Below are positions 36,487-50,610 of a stretch of 64,000 nt of DNA, piece by piece (the stretch's first letter is position 1; every line of letters starts with the position of its first letter). The position numbers and the translations under genes are program-made. The stretch covers positions 97,900,001-97,964,000 of the forward strand of contig NC_045697.1 in NCBI RefSeq assembly GCF_009834535.1. The letters are read 5' to 3'. The notes under the pieces are model-generated. The model did no database searches and had not been told where the DNA came from. It worked only from the letters and a program-made list of their open reading frames with translations. Source of the stretch: Camelus ferus (Eukaryota).

Positions 36487-37940
36487 CTGAGGGGAAGGAA
36501 GAGAAAAATCACACTCAGTGAGTTAAAAGAGAACACAGGTGATCACAAGCACTAACATCGCTACACATCCTTATTATCCTTTCAAATGATTATTTATAAA
36601 GATAAACTGCCGTCATGATTAAAAACTTATATTCAACTAACCCTCAGCTATATCCTGCTCTGGTATTCTCTCACACACAAATACGGATGCTTTATTTTGA
36701 GTAGTTTTTCATTTGAGTTAAGAGAATATGTTTCCAAAGAACGAAAACACAGGATACTCAATGACTGAAAATGTAAAGGCTCAGAGATTGAGATGATTAA
36801 TAAATAACCAACAATAAAAAGCAAAAGTGCATCCAATTAAAAAATTTGCAGAACACTCTGCAGATGGTTTCTGATGAGCTCTTGGCTATGCACACACAGG
36901 ATATACAGCCACTTCGAGGTGACTCTATGGTCACCTGAATGCAAAACGTTGACCTTTTCTTCCTCGACACTTACTCTCCCCGTGTGCTTGCCACGTGTGA
37001 CCCTCGAGACCGCGGAAAAGAAGGGAGTGCAGAGATCAGCATAGCAAGTCCCTACAGCTGCACATACCAAGGACGGCATGACTGATAGTGGAGGCTTAAA
37101 ATGAAAGCCCTCTGCACCCAGTAATACATTCTGTTCCCACCAGTGATGTAAACGTCCAGATTCCACACAGAGAGTACTCATACCTTACAAAGAAATTTCA
37201 AGGAAACATTTTGAAACAAATTAAGTGCATGGGAAAAAAAGTGTCGGATGCATTCTATGGCACTCCTGACAGCAGATTCCATTTGAGAAAAATGTTACAA
37301 AATGGTAGGTAAAAATGAACGTAACGTTGCCAATGGGGATTTGAGGACTTTTACACCTCACTGTCTTTCATATCTCACATTTCACAATACTTTTCTCTGC
37401 ACAAAGAATTCTACAACTCAAATTTAAGTGTTGGGGCTTTTATTTCTTCCCTTTGGGGTTGCTCTCCAAAGTTGCTCTCACCTTTAATCACAAAATCACT
37501 GCACTGTCTAGGATTTCATTGGCTTTTTCTGTAATTTTGTATGCATGTCATTATAAGGGGCCTAGGATGAGACATCTGGGTATTTGGGGACTGTAGTACT
37601 TAGCTCCACTTTGGGACTCATTACTCTACAACCTTTTCAGCGAGGCTATATATCAATGACAGGAGCCAAGGTAATCATTTCCCTTCAATTTCACAAATTT
37701 CTACAAAGGTAAAAAACAAGTGATGTGGCAATTGCCCCAAAGCATCAAATGTGTATCAGAAATACTGGATAAAGGCAAGCGATGGAAAACATCCTGCCTC
37801 TCCAACTCTACCAAGACACACATACAGCCAATTCAGCAATGAAGGAGAACACAAAGCACTATCCAAGGTCAAGTTTGAAATCCTCTTTGCTAACCTGTTC
37901 TTCGAGGTTCTATCTAGATCTACTTGTTAATATGCATTAC

Positions 37941-38037
37941 CAAAACAATAACAGCTGGCAGAGGCGTGTGCTTGCGGACGTGAATCATGGAGAGGATTTC
38001 TGGAAGGTGACCCTCTCGAGATGCGACATAGAATAAC
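37941..38037 (-). CDS. SLC7A11: SLC7A11 coding exon (exon 9 equivalent), 97 nt
   Basis: atcag|G TTA TTC TAT...GTT TTG|gtaatg translates [32 protein letters not shown]. Confidence 0.97.
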
Positions 38038-38872
38038 CTGATGGGAGAAAAATGGGGGTGGAGTTGACTGTGTAATTGATCATTTCAAAGGGGAAAAAAA
38101 ATCCAGAAATCTAAGAGAAAACTTGCATCTTCTTCACATGAAATGGCTGGACATTTCTTAGGTGGTTACTTAGACTTCACTTTTCAGCTAAGGGAGAGTA
38201 CATCATGAGAAATCTGCCTTAGAACTGTATAAAATCGGCCAAAATCTGGCATGATTCTTTGGGGAGAAACAATAGCAACCTCCAGCTCAACACAGCTCAG
38301 CCTGTGTATAAACAGCTGACAGTGAATTTAGTTCCAGGTTCCTAGAATTGCATGTGTGTTGTTAATCCAGTCCAACCCAACACATGTACACACACAGATT
38401 TATCTGATCAAGTTTTAATCATGTTAAAACAAAAGGCACTTCTGCATCAAACAGAAGGGATACAGATGGTGGGCTGGTGATTTGTGATGTCTCTTACTTT
38501 ACTTTTTTTCTTGTCACTTTTAGAGAAACAAAAGATTTTATCACCAGAAACAAAATGCTGTTGTTAAACTGCAGACACACAATTAAAAAACCAAAACAAA
38601 CAAACAAACAAACAAAAAAACAAAACCCCAACCCCCCCCAAACTCCCCAAAACTTCACGCCTGACTTCAAAGCAGGCTATGATTAAACATGCAGTGCCCT
38701 CTAATGGACAGAGCAGGAAGTGCGGCTGATACTTGGAGGAAGACTTCATGTTCCCTGTCCCTTTAAAAACAACAGGCATGGAGGCACTATTTCTTTTCCT
38801 TTGAAACTTATCCTTACTACATCCAGTCTCCAAAACAGAAATGTGTTGCTAGAAATGCTTGAACTCACTCAC

Positions 38873-38976
38873 CTGGAGACAGCAAACACACCACCATTCA
38901 TGGAGCCAAAGCAGGAGAGGGCAACAAAGATCGGAACTGCTAATGAGAGATTTCCCAGGAGCCGCTCAGAAAAGGT
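38873..38976 (-). CDS. SLC7A11: SLC7A11 coding exon (exon 8 equivalent), 104 nt
   Basis: ctag|ACC TTT TCT GAG...GTC TCC AG|gtgagt translates [34 protein letters not shown](R), including the LAT-family SCFGSMNG motif. Confidence 0.97.
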
Positions 38977-40370
38977 CTAGTGAAACACAGAATGAAGCAA
39001 ATTAATGCTTTGCCAGGAAGTGGAATAAAATGAAACAATTTAGGCCAAACTCGCTCTATGACTTTCTGTTCACTTGGTGATATGTGTATGTTTTATAATC
39101 TTTCTTTTGAGTTAGGGTCAGACTAACCTCTTAAGACAATAATCAAAGGCAGGTACTATGTTATTGCTTGTTGCAAAACTATTGGCAATGGTCTAAGCAA
39201 GCACCTTACCTCTTTCAAAAAACAATGATTCATTTATCAAATTTTTATCAACTGCGATATCTATCATCTCTGACTCTGTTAAGTAAAAAAAAAAAAAGCT
39301 CGATTCTCCTTTTGGAGACAAAAGTCCTTCTGTGTGTAATACCTTCTCTTTGGTCTGGAAAGCCACATTTTTAATAGTGAAGTACAATGGTACACTGAGA
39401 AGTGTTACTGATATGTGTTTCATATATCAATTCCACTGTAATGATTTAAAAGTGTGGTGAAAAGTAATTGATGACCTAATCCTGTATATCAGAGATGTGA
39501 GCAGTTCTGAAAATCTTTTGCCCAGAATAATCACATTAGCTCAATCTCGGTTTATCGAGTCACTCCTGCCCTCTCAGGTGTCTCTGCCAATTTCTTCTGG
39601 AGTTTCCTATTATAAGGCTAAAACACCAAAACAAGTCTGAGGAAATCAAGCCACAGATATATAAAAGATAAACCAAACTTATGACGTTTCCTTTTATTCC
39701 CTGGCATGTGCGACATTGCAAATCTTCATGAAGGGTGTATTTTCCAAAAAAAAAAAAAAAAAATGGGATTCTTTACTTGTCCTTGATACAGCTGGTGCTG
39801 TGTAATTAATGGGCCACATTACGCTCAAAGAATAAGTGCTGCACTTTGTCTAGTAAGACGAGATGATGACCCGACATCTGGAAGCTTTGTGCACTGGGTT
39901 GTCTGGCAGAAGTTACAGCACTAGGCAAAGTCTTTTCTTCATACAGTGAACTCGTACATAGGTTCACATGAAATGAGATAATTTGTTCCCTGTGGATGTT
40001 TCTCATATGAGGCAATAGTGACTATTTTAAAAGGAACTGACATCTAGTGATGGGAAGTTCTTTTTTTTCACCCTTCATTGTTAGAAGGTCATGAATGAAT
40101 GCTCTCTTACTAGCTAAGTTTTTATACCAAAAAGTGTGTGTCACAGAATAGCAGACCCGTAACATGACCTTCGGGAGCAAAGATGGTGCTGAAGTCAAAT
40201 GAATTTTGGAAAATGCTGTAAAATTATGAGTATTCACTTCTTAGGGAGTTAAAATGCACATTAGCTTCTATAATATTCTGAGAACTACTGCAGCAATGAC
40301 ATCTGTTTAACTTTGAATAACTCAGTATTTCCCCACACTAATAATATCCTAGAACTAGTATTCAAAAGGA

Positions 40371-40422
40371 GATATATATATATACACACACACACATATA
40401 TATACACACACACACACACACA
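40371..40422. repeat. Compound (TA)n(CA)n microsatellite
   Basis: Two alternating blocks of TA and CA dinucleotide repeats. Confidence 0.9.
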
Positions 40423-40891
40423 TACTAGTAAAAACAAATGTATATGGTCCACTTAGAAATTCTTAAGTGGTACTTTGGGAAAAAGATTTGAAGTTAGCAT
40501 CTGAAACGTGTCCAAATAGGAGAGAGCACAGAATAAACTGCAATTTGCATACCCCAAAAGGCATTTATTTAAACTCAGTAACTGCCCACCTGTCCTTAAA
40601 AACTTCTATTCATGATTTCCAATAAAGCCTTCTATTCAACATGTATGTGTGGAAATGTGTTTTCAAGCACGTAGAGGTGGAAATGTTTTACAAGAAATTA
40701 ACAATACAGGAAAATCATAGAGGATTTTAGTTGTATCAGTTAAACGGAAGATGCTACGGTGTGTCCTAAATTTTTAAAATATTCATTATCACTCAGTTCT
40801 GCAAAAATTACTGAATTTCAAAACACTAGTATAAAACTGCATCAACTCATTAACCTAAATTCCAGTTGGCATTTTCCCAACTTCGACTTAC

Positions 40892-41015
40892 CACTGCCAC
40901 TGCATTGGAAAGCAGCAGCTCCTCAGCACTAATGGTCGTAAAGTAGGCCACGTTTGTGAGCACGTAGCCAACAGTGACAATGGCCATGGATATACATATG
41001 GCAAGGGGGATGGTT
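40892..41015 (-). CDS. SLC7A11: SLC7A11 coding exon (human exon 7 equivalent), 124 nt
   Basis: Minus strand ttcag|A ACC ATC CCC...GCA GTG|gtaagt translates [41 protein letters not shown], recognisable xCT transmembrane sequence. Canonical AG/GT boundaries; phase fits the next exon. Confidence 0.97.
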
Positions 41016-41290
41016 CTGAAATGCACAAAAAATTGCTTGTTAGTCCTCTTTTGTTAGTAATTTCTCTGAAAGCAAAGAAGATATCAGGCTAATTCAAACA
41101 CAGAATAAAAGGGTGCGGATAACGACAGGCTTTGTTGGGTATGTATGAACATTGCATCAGGATGCAGCACCACACACTCCTCTGTAATTGAGTAAGGTCC
41201 ACGAGGGGAGATGCGACATCCATCTTGTCTCTTCCTCTACCCGCAGGACACGTGTGTCTGCCCATTTCTTGCACACTATAAATGCTACAG

Positions 41291-41443
41291 CAGCGTTTCT
41301 CAAACTTGAACATGGAATGCTTGTTAAAACACAGACTGCTGAGCCCATCTCAAGAGTTTCTGATTTGGGAGGATGTGCATTTCCAACAGGTTCCTGGTGA
41401 TTCTTATGCTGTTGGCCAGGAGACCACACTCCATGTTCCACTG
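41291..41443 (-). mobile_element. MER5A (hAT-Charlie MITE)
   Basis: cagcgtttctcaaactt...tgcatttccaacaggttcctggtgattcttatgctgttggccaggagaccacact...ccactg. Confidence 0.75.
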
Positions 41444-43094
41444 TCCTCTATGCCTTTCTAATACTAATTCACTTGCCTTGACACCTTTCTAATACTAGTC
41501 TCCAAAAAGGTCTTTTGCATTCAGCATTTTCCCCTTCAGTAATTCCCCTTACCAGCAAATAAGAGGACCCTTTTGGAAGCATGAGAGCAGGATAGATCTA
41601 CCTTTCTAAACGTAATAACATATAATAATAATTTTGTATCTAACACAAAATAAACAAAGACGTGCTCCCAATAACGACTTTGCACTGCCCTGCTGTGAGT
41701 TCAAAGGAGGCTCAAGATCATGAGTATATATTGAAGCAACAGCGTAGATAATCCCATGAAATTAGAGGTGACACGCTGTGAAGTACATATGACCAGACAG
41801 TGCTGACACCGGGTGGCATCAAGACGTAGCCGGTGCAAATGCAATGATATGTCTTCATTTAATGCACTAGGAAAGTCAGGAAGTTACTGACCCTAATAAT
41901 CTGATCCCATGTTACTGAGACATTACTTGCTGAACATAATCACCTCTTCAGACTCTTTCCAGTCCAAGCAACTTAAACCTTCTGCTCCCGGCACAAAGGC
42001 TGATGGGTTTTTTAGTCATCCAGCTTATCAGCCCTCATGGAGCCTCAACCCTGCTGGGTGCCACTAATGAAGACCTCAATATAATTTCTTACAAGATGAA
42101 AATACAGTTCTGAACCAGGGGAAAAAAAAAAAAAAGCACAGCCTGCCTCGCTCCCCAAGTCGGGTGTGTTGAGCACACTAAGTCCCAGCTCATTACGCTG
42201 AATTCTCTAGCCCCCGTTGAGAACAGGCAAACCCAGCCAGTCAGCAACTGCCATTCATTATGCTGCTTGGAGCCTGACACTTCCCCCTGATCCCCAAAGC
42301 CTTAAGCCTTGATGGGGAAACACACTGACCTTGAAAATCCTGGCATCCTTATAGGAAAGGAGCAGATGTCCCCCTTCCCCAGTGCGAAGAGGGTCCTGCG
42401 GAATTTTCTGTTCACACTGTAACACGCATTGCTCGTTGTGACTGATAAATGCTAAATGTAAGCAAAGGCAATCACAGGGCCAATTAAATACAAGGGGTAA
42501 ATGGCAAAAGGCGAATTAAAGATGAATTCTGGTTCTTTGAAAGAAAGGCGCTACATCGGTGTGCGCAGGGCTAGAAAGAGGAGCATGGGGGTGGGTGAAG
42601 CACTCAACCACTCCCTGTATTGTTTTAAACTCAAATCCTTTAGCTTCTCTAACACCCCAAATGGGGTTTTAAGTTCTTTCCATGGAGGAGAGAAGCAGAG
42701 AGAGGGAGGAAGAGACTCAAGAGATTTGCTGACAAGAAGAGGATGAAGACTGCTAATAAAAAGTGACGGGACGTATTGTCAAGCACAGCGAAGTCACCTA
42801 CCCTGTCCAGGACAGGTGGTACCATCACATCACATGATGCTGCTAAGAGCCAACTCTGTCTGGAATTGGGCAGTGGCTCTCCCAGCACAGCATCCCACCT
42901 CTCAGCCCAGCTCTCCCAGGGCAGCCTCCCTGTTTCCCACCCCGAGAGTATGGTCTTTCTGAGAAAGAATTTCTAAACTGATTTTAGCAGAAGGGATTCT
43001 AAAAGAAGTCCAGTCTCCCAGGTTAGTTTCCCTTTCCTTCTGTCCTCAGCTCATCAATTAAAAAAGAAAGAAAGAAACAACAGCAGCTGCTACT

Positions 43095-43300
43095 ATTAAC
43101 CCACCATTTTATTAGGTACTGTACATATTTGCCTCACTTTATCCTTGGAAAATCCTGTGAGGGGCATCGTCACCGTTTTATATATGAAGACATGAAGTCT
43201 TAGAGTTTGCATAACTCTTCAAGGATATATAGCTGGCAAGTGGAAACCCAGAATTCAGCTGCAGATCGATCCAGCTTGAAGTCAAAGCATCTAAACCACT
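43095..43300 (-). mobile_element. MIR SINE
   Basis: atcctgtgaggggcatcgtcaccgttttatatatgaagacatgaagtcttagag..., reverse complement of the MIR core. Confidence 0.6.
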
Positions 43301-44459
43301 CAAGTGTAGTGTCTCTCTCTCTCTCTTGCATGTGAGTCTCCAAACTCTACTAATTTTCAGAGAAATCATAATTGTTGAACATAATGTTTATTGGAAAGCT
43401 CTCATCAAGGCTGTATTCCTCATGTCTTCACTAAAAATGCAGTTTCCTGTAGTATGAAGGAGGGGAAAATCTATTGCATGATTCTTACAATTTTTCTGTA
43501 TAACATGGACTATAATGTCAGGTGAATGTTTTCAAGAGTTTCAAGGTTTAGGAAACAGTTTATTTTGAACTTAGCCTTTAAACAGAAGCTCACTGAATAA
43601 ATTTCCCTAGACAACTTCTATGGAAAAGGAGGACAAGTAAGCATACTTATCAGACAAGCTAAAATAGATTATGAACCATTTTCCTATCAGCCAAATATAC
43701 TATAGAGATGCTAAAGGGAGAAAAATCAAAGGAGCTTAAAATATAGGATAAAGAGAAAAAGGCTCTAACCTTGCAGCCAATCATAACAGGCCCAGTCATC
43801 CCTCTCTAGGCAAGATTAAGCCATGGGAATTGGAGAGGATGTGACCAAATAGCCACCTGTCCTTAAGGTTCCACTTCACTTTAACAAAGGGAAGGAGAGG
43901 GGTTTGCAGCTGCCTTGGCATAAACAGCAATCATTTACCGAGGAAAACAGCTGACTTACTCAGAAGGGCTTGGCACTGTGTGAGTAACTCCTGGATTTCA
44001 AGCATCAAAGCTTAAGAGCCACTGGGTGAGCTGATAAAAGCTATTAGGCCACGCCAGAGCAATCTTTCTGGAGGCTTTAGATGCAGAGGGCAGATAAGCA
44101 CAGTTAGCAACCCAAGATGAAGGCGAATGGCACATGATAATAAAAGGAATTAAAGGACCTGGTAGGCCACTGATGTTTCAAAGCCCCTGTATTATTGGGT
44201 GGTATCCACCAATTCTAAGTGCAACAAAAGCATAGTCTTTAAGCTGAGTAAAAATAACTCACATCTATGAGTTCTACTCTTTTCCCAAATGTTTGTGTGT
44301 TTTTTAATGATTAATAAGATACTGAAAACACATACTTAATCCTTAAGAGCTTTTTGTCACGTGTAGCCTTTTCAGTTAAGTACTAATACGTGAGAAGTAA
44401 GCGACCATCTGATATTTTTATTAGCTACAAATGGTCTTCAATTAAAAGGTCTTAGCTAG

Positions 44460-44623
44460 GCAGGGGAGAGTATAGCTCAAGTGTTAGAACACACGCTTAG
44501 CATGCATGAGGGCCTGGGTTCAATCCCCAGCACCTCCTCTAAAAATAAATACACAAGCCTAATTACTTCCCCCCACCAAAAAAAAAAAAAAAAAAAAAAT
44601 TAAACGAAACTTGAAAAAAGGAA
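44460..44623 (+). mobile_element. tRNA-derived SINE of camelid Vic-1 type
   Basis: ggggagagtatagctcaagtgttag (A box)...cctgggttcaatcccc (B box)...cctaattacttccccccacc plus long poly(A). TSD aaaaggtctt at 44444-44453 and 44624-44633. Confidence 0.85.
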
Positions 44624-44934
44624 AAAAGGTCTTGTATAGCCTTCGTGTAGGTTTATTTTAAATTGGCATCTATAACCAGTCTATGTCATGCATGGATAAA
44701 TATTTGTTTTACTTGAAATTATCAAATGGAAGTCTCTGGAACAGCTCCTTAGAAGCACTTCCATCCTCAGGGATAGAGCTCCCCAGGAATATAAATGGTC
44801 CCAACAGTGACGGCAGGTAGCTTATAGCTGTATAATCTGTGAAGCACTAGCAAATAGGTTTTATCTCCAAATACACACATTTCATTTCAAATCCTTTGTG
44901 GAATAAGATAGAATATGAACAAACAAAATTCACA

Positions 44935-45095
44935 ACTACCTCCTGAAATAGCAGGTTATACCACCATGTTCAAACAAGGGAACCAAGGCTCCGAGAGGTT
45001 AAGTGAGGGGCCAAGGTCACAAAATTAGTAAGTGGGAAAGCTGGAACTTGAACCCAGATCTTCCAACCCTAAGTTCCACACCTTGTCCATGATAT
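44935..45095 (-). mobile_element. MIR SINE
   Basis: gggaaccaaggctccgagaggttaagtga...ccaaggtcacaaaattagtaagtggg...gaacccagatc. Confidence 0.75.
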
Positions 45096-47656
45096 CATGG
45101 CTGCTTCGTGCTTCCTTTAACTCGAGGTATTAAGTTCCTAGGATCCTTACATGCTGAGAAACATGTATTCTATTTTATATAAATGATACAAATATCAGAT
45201 GGCTGATTGTCACAACGTGACACATTTTAAACCAAACATATTTTACTGTGCACCTAACAGTCATCACAAATAATCATGCAAATGATGCAGCATTGGATGC
45301 AATCTTAATACGCTTCCCAACTACATGACAGAGCATCAGAAATGATCATTGTGTCCAGGGCTTCATGCTGGCTAAAAAGATTCTTACCATGAAAACCAAA
45401 AGAGTAAACCTAGCTTGATTCTCCAGAGAGCTGAGGACATCTGAAGGTTAAAAGGATTTCCGATATTCAGACCATCTGAGTAATGCTGTAATCACTGGTA
45501 TTTAGGCTATTCCTAAAATTGTTTTATAACTGGTACAAAATCTTCTGAGATCTGTGTGAATCAAAATAAATTTCATACACTCCACGGTGTTGAGTACACA
45601 TAATGGGGACCATAGAACTCACTGACCCTGGGGCGTCTAAAACTGTCTTCGAGCCATGGGACTGGGCATGACAATGGTTCTGCTAAAACCTACTCTGGTG
45701 TGTTCTGGAATCTTCTAAGAGAAGTAAGTGCGTGATGCTTCACATTTATATTTAAAAATCATTACTATTTTAACATATGTATTTGGCAGTCAGGAAAAAG
45801 GAGGGAGGAGGAAAAACGGGGATTAATAACGGCAAGAAAATGGCAAACTTCTTAATACATGAGATGCAAAGAAAAAGGAAAACGTATTTTTCAAAGTGTT
45901 TTTTAACTCTATTAGTAAACTACGGATTATTTGTTTGTATGTAATTGAAAGAAAGCTGTGATTTATTTCCACATAAAGCACTTAAAATTATAAATAAGTA
46001 CCTTCAGATTCTGAGTATTTATTTTAGAATCATTCCTATTTCACATTTTCTGTATAATGACCCATAGAGACCTTGAAAGCTTTTCTCTAGATCTGATCCA
46101 GAAGTTACTCAAACATCTGCTTCTCTTTTTGATCCATCAATTAATTTTTGGAGAACTATTCAGTTCATTTTATTACCACTGCTGTTAATTTTACCTCATT
46201 TCTCAAACTTCAGTCATGTGTGTATCTTAAAGAAGATTTATATTTTTCATTCATACCATTTTCTCCCCATACATTTTTACGTTTGTTCCCTGATTCTTGC
46301 TCATATCAAATTCTCCAGAGACCCCTAGACATGGAACTCTACTGTCTGATCATGTGATTTCTGGCATTTCTAGCAGGGGATGAATTACGAGTAAGTGTTC
46401 TTGATAGTCTTCCAGACTTGAAATAATTAGATGACAGATGATTGGAATCAAACGATTGTTCTGTATGTTTTCAGTGACTTTGCCTCACTGTTACTTAGTG
46501 CTATCCCTGAATCTCCAGTTGTACATTGTGAGTGAGACTTGGGTTGTTAATAACATTACAAAAGAAATGCACTTAAGGCGACACAGCAGGTAGCTGGGGG
46601 GAAGGCCTGGGTTGTCGCTGAAAGAAAAATGTAGCAAGAAGAAGAATACATTCAATAAACCTATTTATAAACATTCTTAAAGGTTCATGGTTCATGTTCT
46701 AACTTAATGACAATTTCTGGGCCAAGGCTGAACACAGTGATGTGACAAGCAGATTGTCACATAAAGGTACACAGTGATCCCACTGAGTTCAAGCATTAAA
46801 CACCTGGCCTCCGCTTCTGACAGCACCAGGGCAGGGCTATGGGGGTTTTCACTGAGACGTTTTAAATTTCAATACTACTGATGCCTAACCTAAATCTCAC
46901 CATTCTCCTTTGTCCACAGATGAAGAACCCCATAAACAAAAAGAGAAGACAGAGAGACCTGTAGGGAGATGTGAGAAATGAACAGACACAGATTAAAAGA
47001 CCGCAGGCTGAAGGAGGCTCATGGAAAAATGTACACATATGCAAAAAGGAGAGAGAAAAGTGCAGCAAAACCACATAGAAAAATAAACTAAAATGGTAAC
47101 TTACAATTCAGAAACATAGGGTAATAAGCAATCAGAAGCATTAGTATAAGCATTTTTAGCTCCAGTAATACTTTACTTTTCATCCTACTATTAGAATAAA
47201 TTCACTCCTAAATAAAATTATTCAGCAAAATGTAGCTTGAAAGTAAATTTTCATTTGCTTGAATTTCCTACAAACAAAAAAATCTGCCTTGTCTGCATCT
47301 CATTATTTCTAATTTTCTAAAGATTGAGAGTGTGTCTTCCAGATGTATTATAGTTATCCATATTTATCATGGGTGAACGTTAAGATATTAGTAGGCAAGT
47401 TGGAGTGTTCAAAAACAAAAACAAAATTGGTTTCCAATAAAATGCTAACAAGTAACTACAAAGACAATATAGTTTAATAACAATAAATTACATTTCCACT
47501 AATGTCCAACTCTTATTTCTGTTATATTGTTTTTACAGTGTACCTTAGAAAATGTTATCATTTTCCTCAGGATTTTGTCTAAAGTATTCTAAGGTAATAC
47601 AACATCTCAGCAAACCATTTTTCTTTTTTATAACAGAGTTCCTGAGATTCAGATAT

Positions 47657-48085
47657 GTGTGGCTGAGGAAAGAACTACCCACCACAATTTTGTGTTCCTC
47701 TTTCCCAAGTATCAGTTATTCCTGGGGAGCAGTGACCCAGGAAGACCAGATTTTCCAGCCTCTCTGATATCTAGCTGGGAATGTGACTCATTCTTATATG
47801 TCAACTGATGTGATAAGTGCAGGCAAGGTGGTTAAAAGGGGTGTTGCCCTGCCCTCCCCGCCCCCTTCCACGAACTAACAGCTAGTTTCAAAGGCTCTAA
47901 AGAGAGGCAAAGCCACGCTGTGGAGGGAATCTGGGCCACAGAATCAACACGTGGAAGAAAGTCCACCAATCAGTTGGGGGCACCAACAGTGGATCATCAC
48001 GTGATTTAAAAATTCAACTTGCAGTTGTTTAAAGCCATTGAACCTTTATGGCTTGTTGTAGCAGCTAGTGTTACCCTAACTAATA
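47657..48085 (+). mobile_element. Old MaLR LTR (MLT1J-like)
   Basis: ttttccagcctctctg...ttaaagccattga...ttgtagcagctagtgttaccctaactaata. Confidence 0.6.
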
Positions 48086-50467
48086 AAAGAATAAAGGGCC
48101 TCATTATATCAAGGCCTTTTGTCAATCTCAGTGAATTAATTTATAGTAGACAAAAAAGGGTCCTCATTAAATTTCATCTTACATGAAATTTTCTGTTTTA
48201 TAAGAGATCAGTATATGATAGAATGTCTTTAAAATAATGTCACAAATGACAAAAATCAAATTAAAATACATACCACTGAAAAAGTTAGGATAGTGAAAGT
48301 CTTCCCAGGAATAGAGCAAAGACTGATCACTATTTTGAAATATAAAATCTTCTGCACTTCTGACAATTATCACCAATCCAACAAAGATCATAGCACAACT
48401 GCCTTTTGTTTTGGTCAACGATACATAATAAGACAACGCATTATTGAATAAATACACTCTACACTGAGAACAAGACAACATAAAATAAATATACCCACTT
48501 TGGCATAGTAAATGGGAATTAGCGTCAAAATTCACTCAGGCCATAAACATGTGTCTTAGAAGGAACTAGTAACACTTCTACTATAAAACCGGTAAATCAA
48601 ATCCAGTCACATTTCTGACCAGCTGTGTGATAAGAAATGGAACAGGTAAATATGGAGATGTTCAACCATGACAAATGAACTACTGCTTCTACCACGAGAC
48701 ACTGCCTTCAACGTTTGTGACCAACCATCACAAGTGGAATTATTAGTAACCATTTTGCTTTGATATCTGATGATCTAGTGGACAGCTGGCCTTCCAACTG
48801 GGTGCTCTGGGAATCAGAATGGAAGGTGGACAATTGATAGGATTATAGACTGACCTAATCTCACTTCAACCAGATCAGCCGTCTCACACTTGCTTTATGT
48901 ATTGATGTTCCGACAGACAAATGAAGTGATCTAGTGCTTTCAAATGATTTAAAAATCACTCCATTAGATGGAACAAGTCATGTCTTTAGGTAACTCTTTG
49001 GACTCAATACTGGCTTCCTAAAATAGTTCAAAAAATATATAAACTGGTTTCATAAAATACTGATAAATGAATGATTATAAAGTTGTGAATGTATATATTT
49101 GATCCTATACATTTAAAAATAATTTTTCACTGCCACAAATCATACTTATAGGTAATTGAGGGAATAATTCTTAGTAGGAAGGGTTTGAAGTTGGTAGGGG
49201 AGTCAATAGCTCTGGCCTGGCTTTAATCAAAGTGATAAATCTACATGGCCTGGCCACAGAGAACGTGCCACTGAGGCCTAATGGAGCCACAGAGAAAGGG
49301 GAAGATGAGAAGAAATAGAGTTGATGGGCTCAGCACCTTGCCAGCTTAGAGAGACGACACGTCATTGTCAAGAAAGTGATGATGAAGACTCCTGCTTGGA
49401 ACAGTTGACAGCTGCCTGCAAAGGTTTTAAAGGCCCCCAGGATGGAGGAACCTCCTGTAAGGAATCCTCTCCTCTCCTGTTCATTCACAAAGATTCATAT
49501 TCCCAGCAGAAATGTAAATTTTATCATCCTTTATCTCTCAGCTCAAAAGTTAAACCTTTTGAAAAATAAGCATTTGTGCTTTATTTTATATTTGCTGATG
49601 CCTTTTCTTCAACTACCAGGGTTCATAGGCAAATTCTCCCTATGGATAATTTTTTAAAGTCAAACACAGCATGCAACCATTGAAGGACTGACTGCCCTGG
49701 AAAGAGAAGTGGTCCCCACATTCACCCACCCCATAATTTTCCTTCTCTTCCATATTTTTCCTCAGCCCCATCCCCAAATTCCTTTAACAAGAAAAAAACC
49801 ATCCCAAGTGTAAATTTTCCTCATGCAACATCTTTTCTCTGCAGTTTTGCCTCTGATACTTGTTTTAACCCAGTATGAAAAGTATGAAAAATCATCTAGA
49901 TTCTAATTCAGTCATGTTCCAGTCACTAGTGGGGACCCAGGACATCACTGGACCCTACTAGGCTTAAACGGCCTCATTAGTTACAGAGGTTGTTGGATTC
50001 ACAAAGCCTGAAGTTCATTTCACTGGAAAGTTGATTATTCAATCATTTTAGCAAATAAAACTGATTGGTAAAAACTGTTTAACAGGATACTTCGAAAATT
50101 CAGCTGAGCACTTGCTCACGTACCAGAGCACCCTAAGAAACACCTGTCTTGTTCTGTCCTTCAGAGGGAAAAACAGGACACTGACTTTACAAACTCTTCT
50201 CCTGGGTCTTGAGATTATGATTCTATCCTCAACCAGGAATACCAGCACATCACAGTAACTTCCATCATTACAACTTCACAGCCGCAGCCTGGCTAAAAGT
50301 ACTGGTCATCACAGAAGATCATTTAAAGGATAAGTGGTCTGTCCATTCTTCCAGATTCTGAAACAGTCAGTGTCTGCAGTTCAGGTCTCTCAAAGCCACA
50401 TTACATGGACCATACTTTCATAGACACTCACAGTTTATGTCTTTCAGTATAAAACACGCCACCAGGA

Positions 50468-50610
50468 TATATGGTATAACATGGGGCATAGAGCCAATAT
50501 TTTAGAACAACTATAAAGAGAGTATAACCTTTAAAAATTGTGAATCACTATATTGCACATCTGTAACTTCTACAACATTGTACAGCAACTATATACTTCA
50601 ACTAAAAATT
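50468..50610 (+). mobile_element. Short L1 3'-end fragment
   Basis: gccaatattttag...aaaaattgtgaatcactatattgcacatctgtaact...caactatatacttcaa. Confidence 0.65.

Noticed and set aside
44463..44535. tRNA-like sequence with A and B boxes
   Set aside because: Followed by a SINE tail, poly(A) and a TSD, so it is a SINE head and not a tRNA gene.
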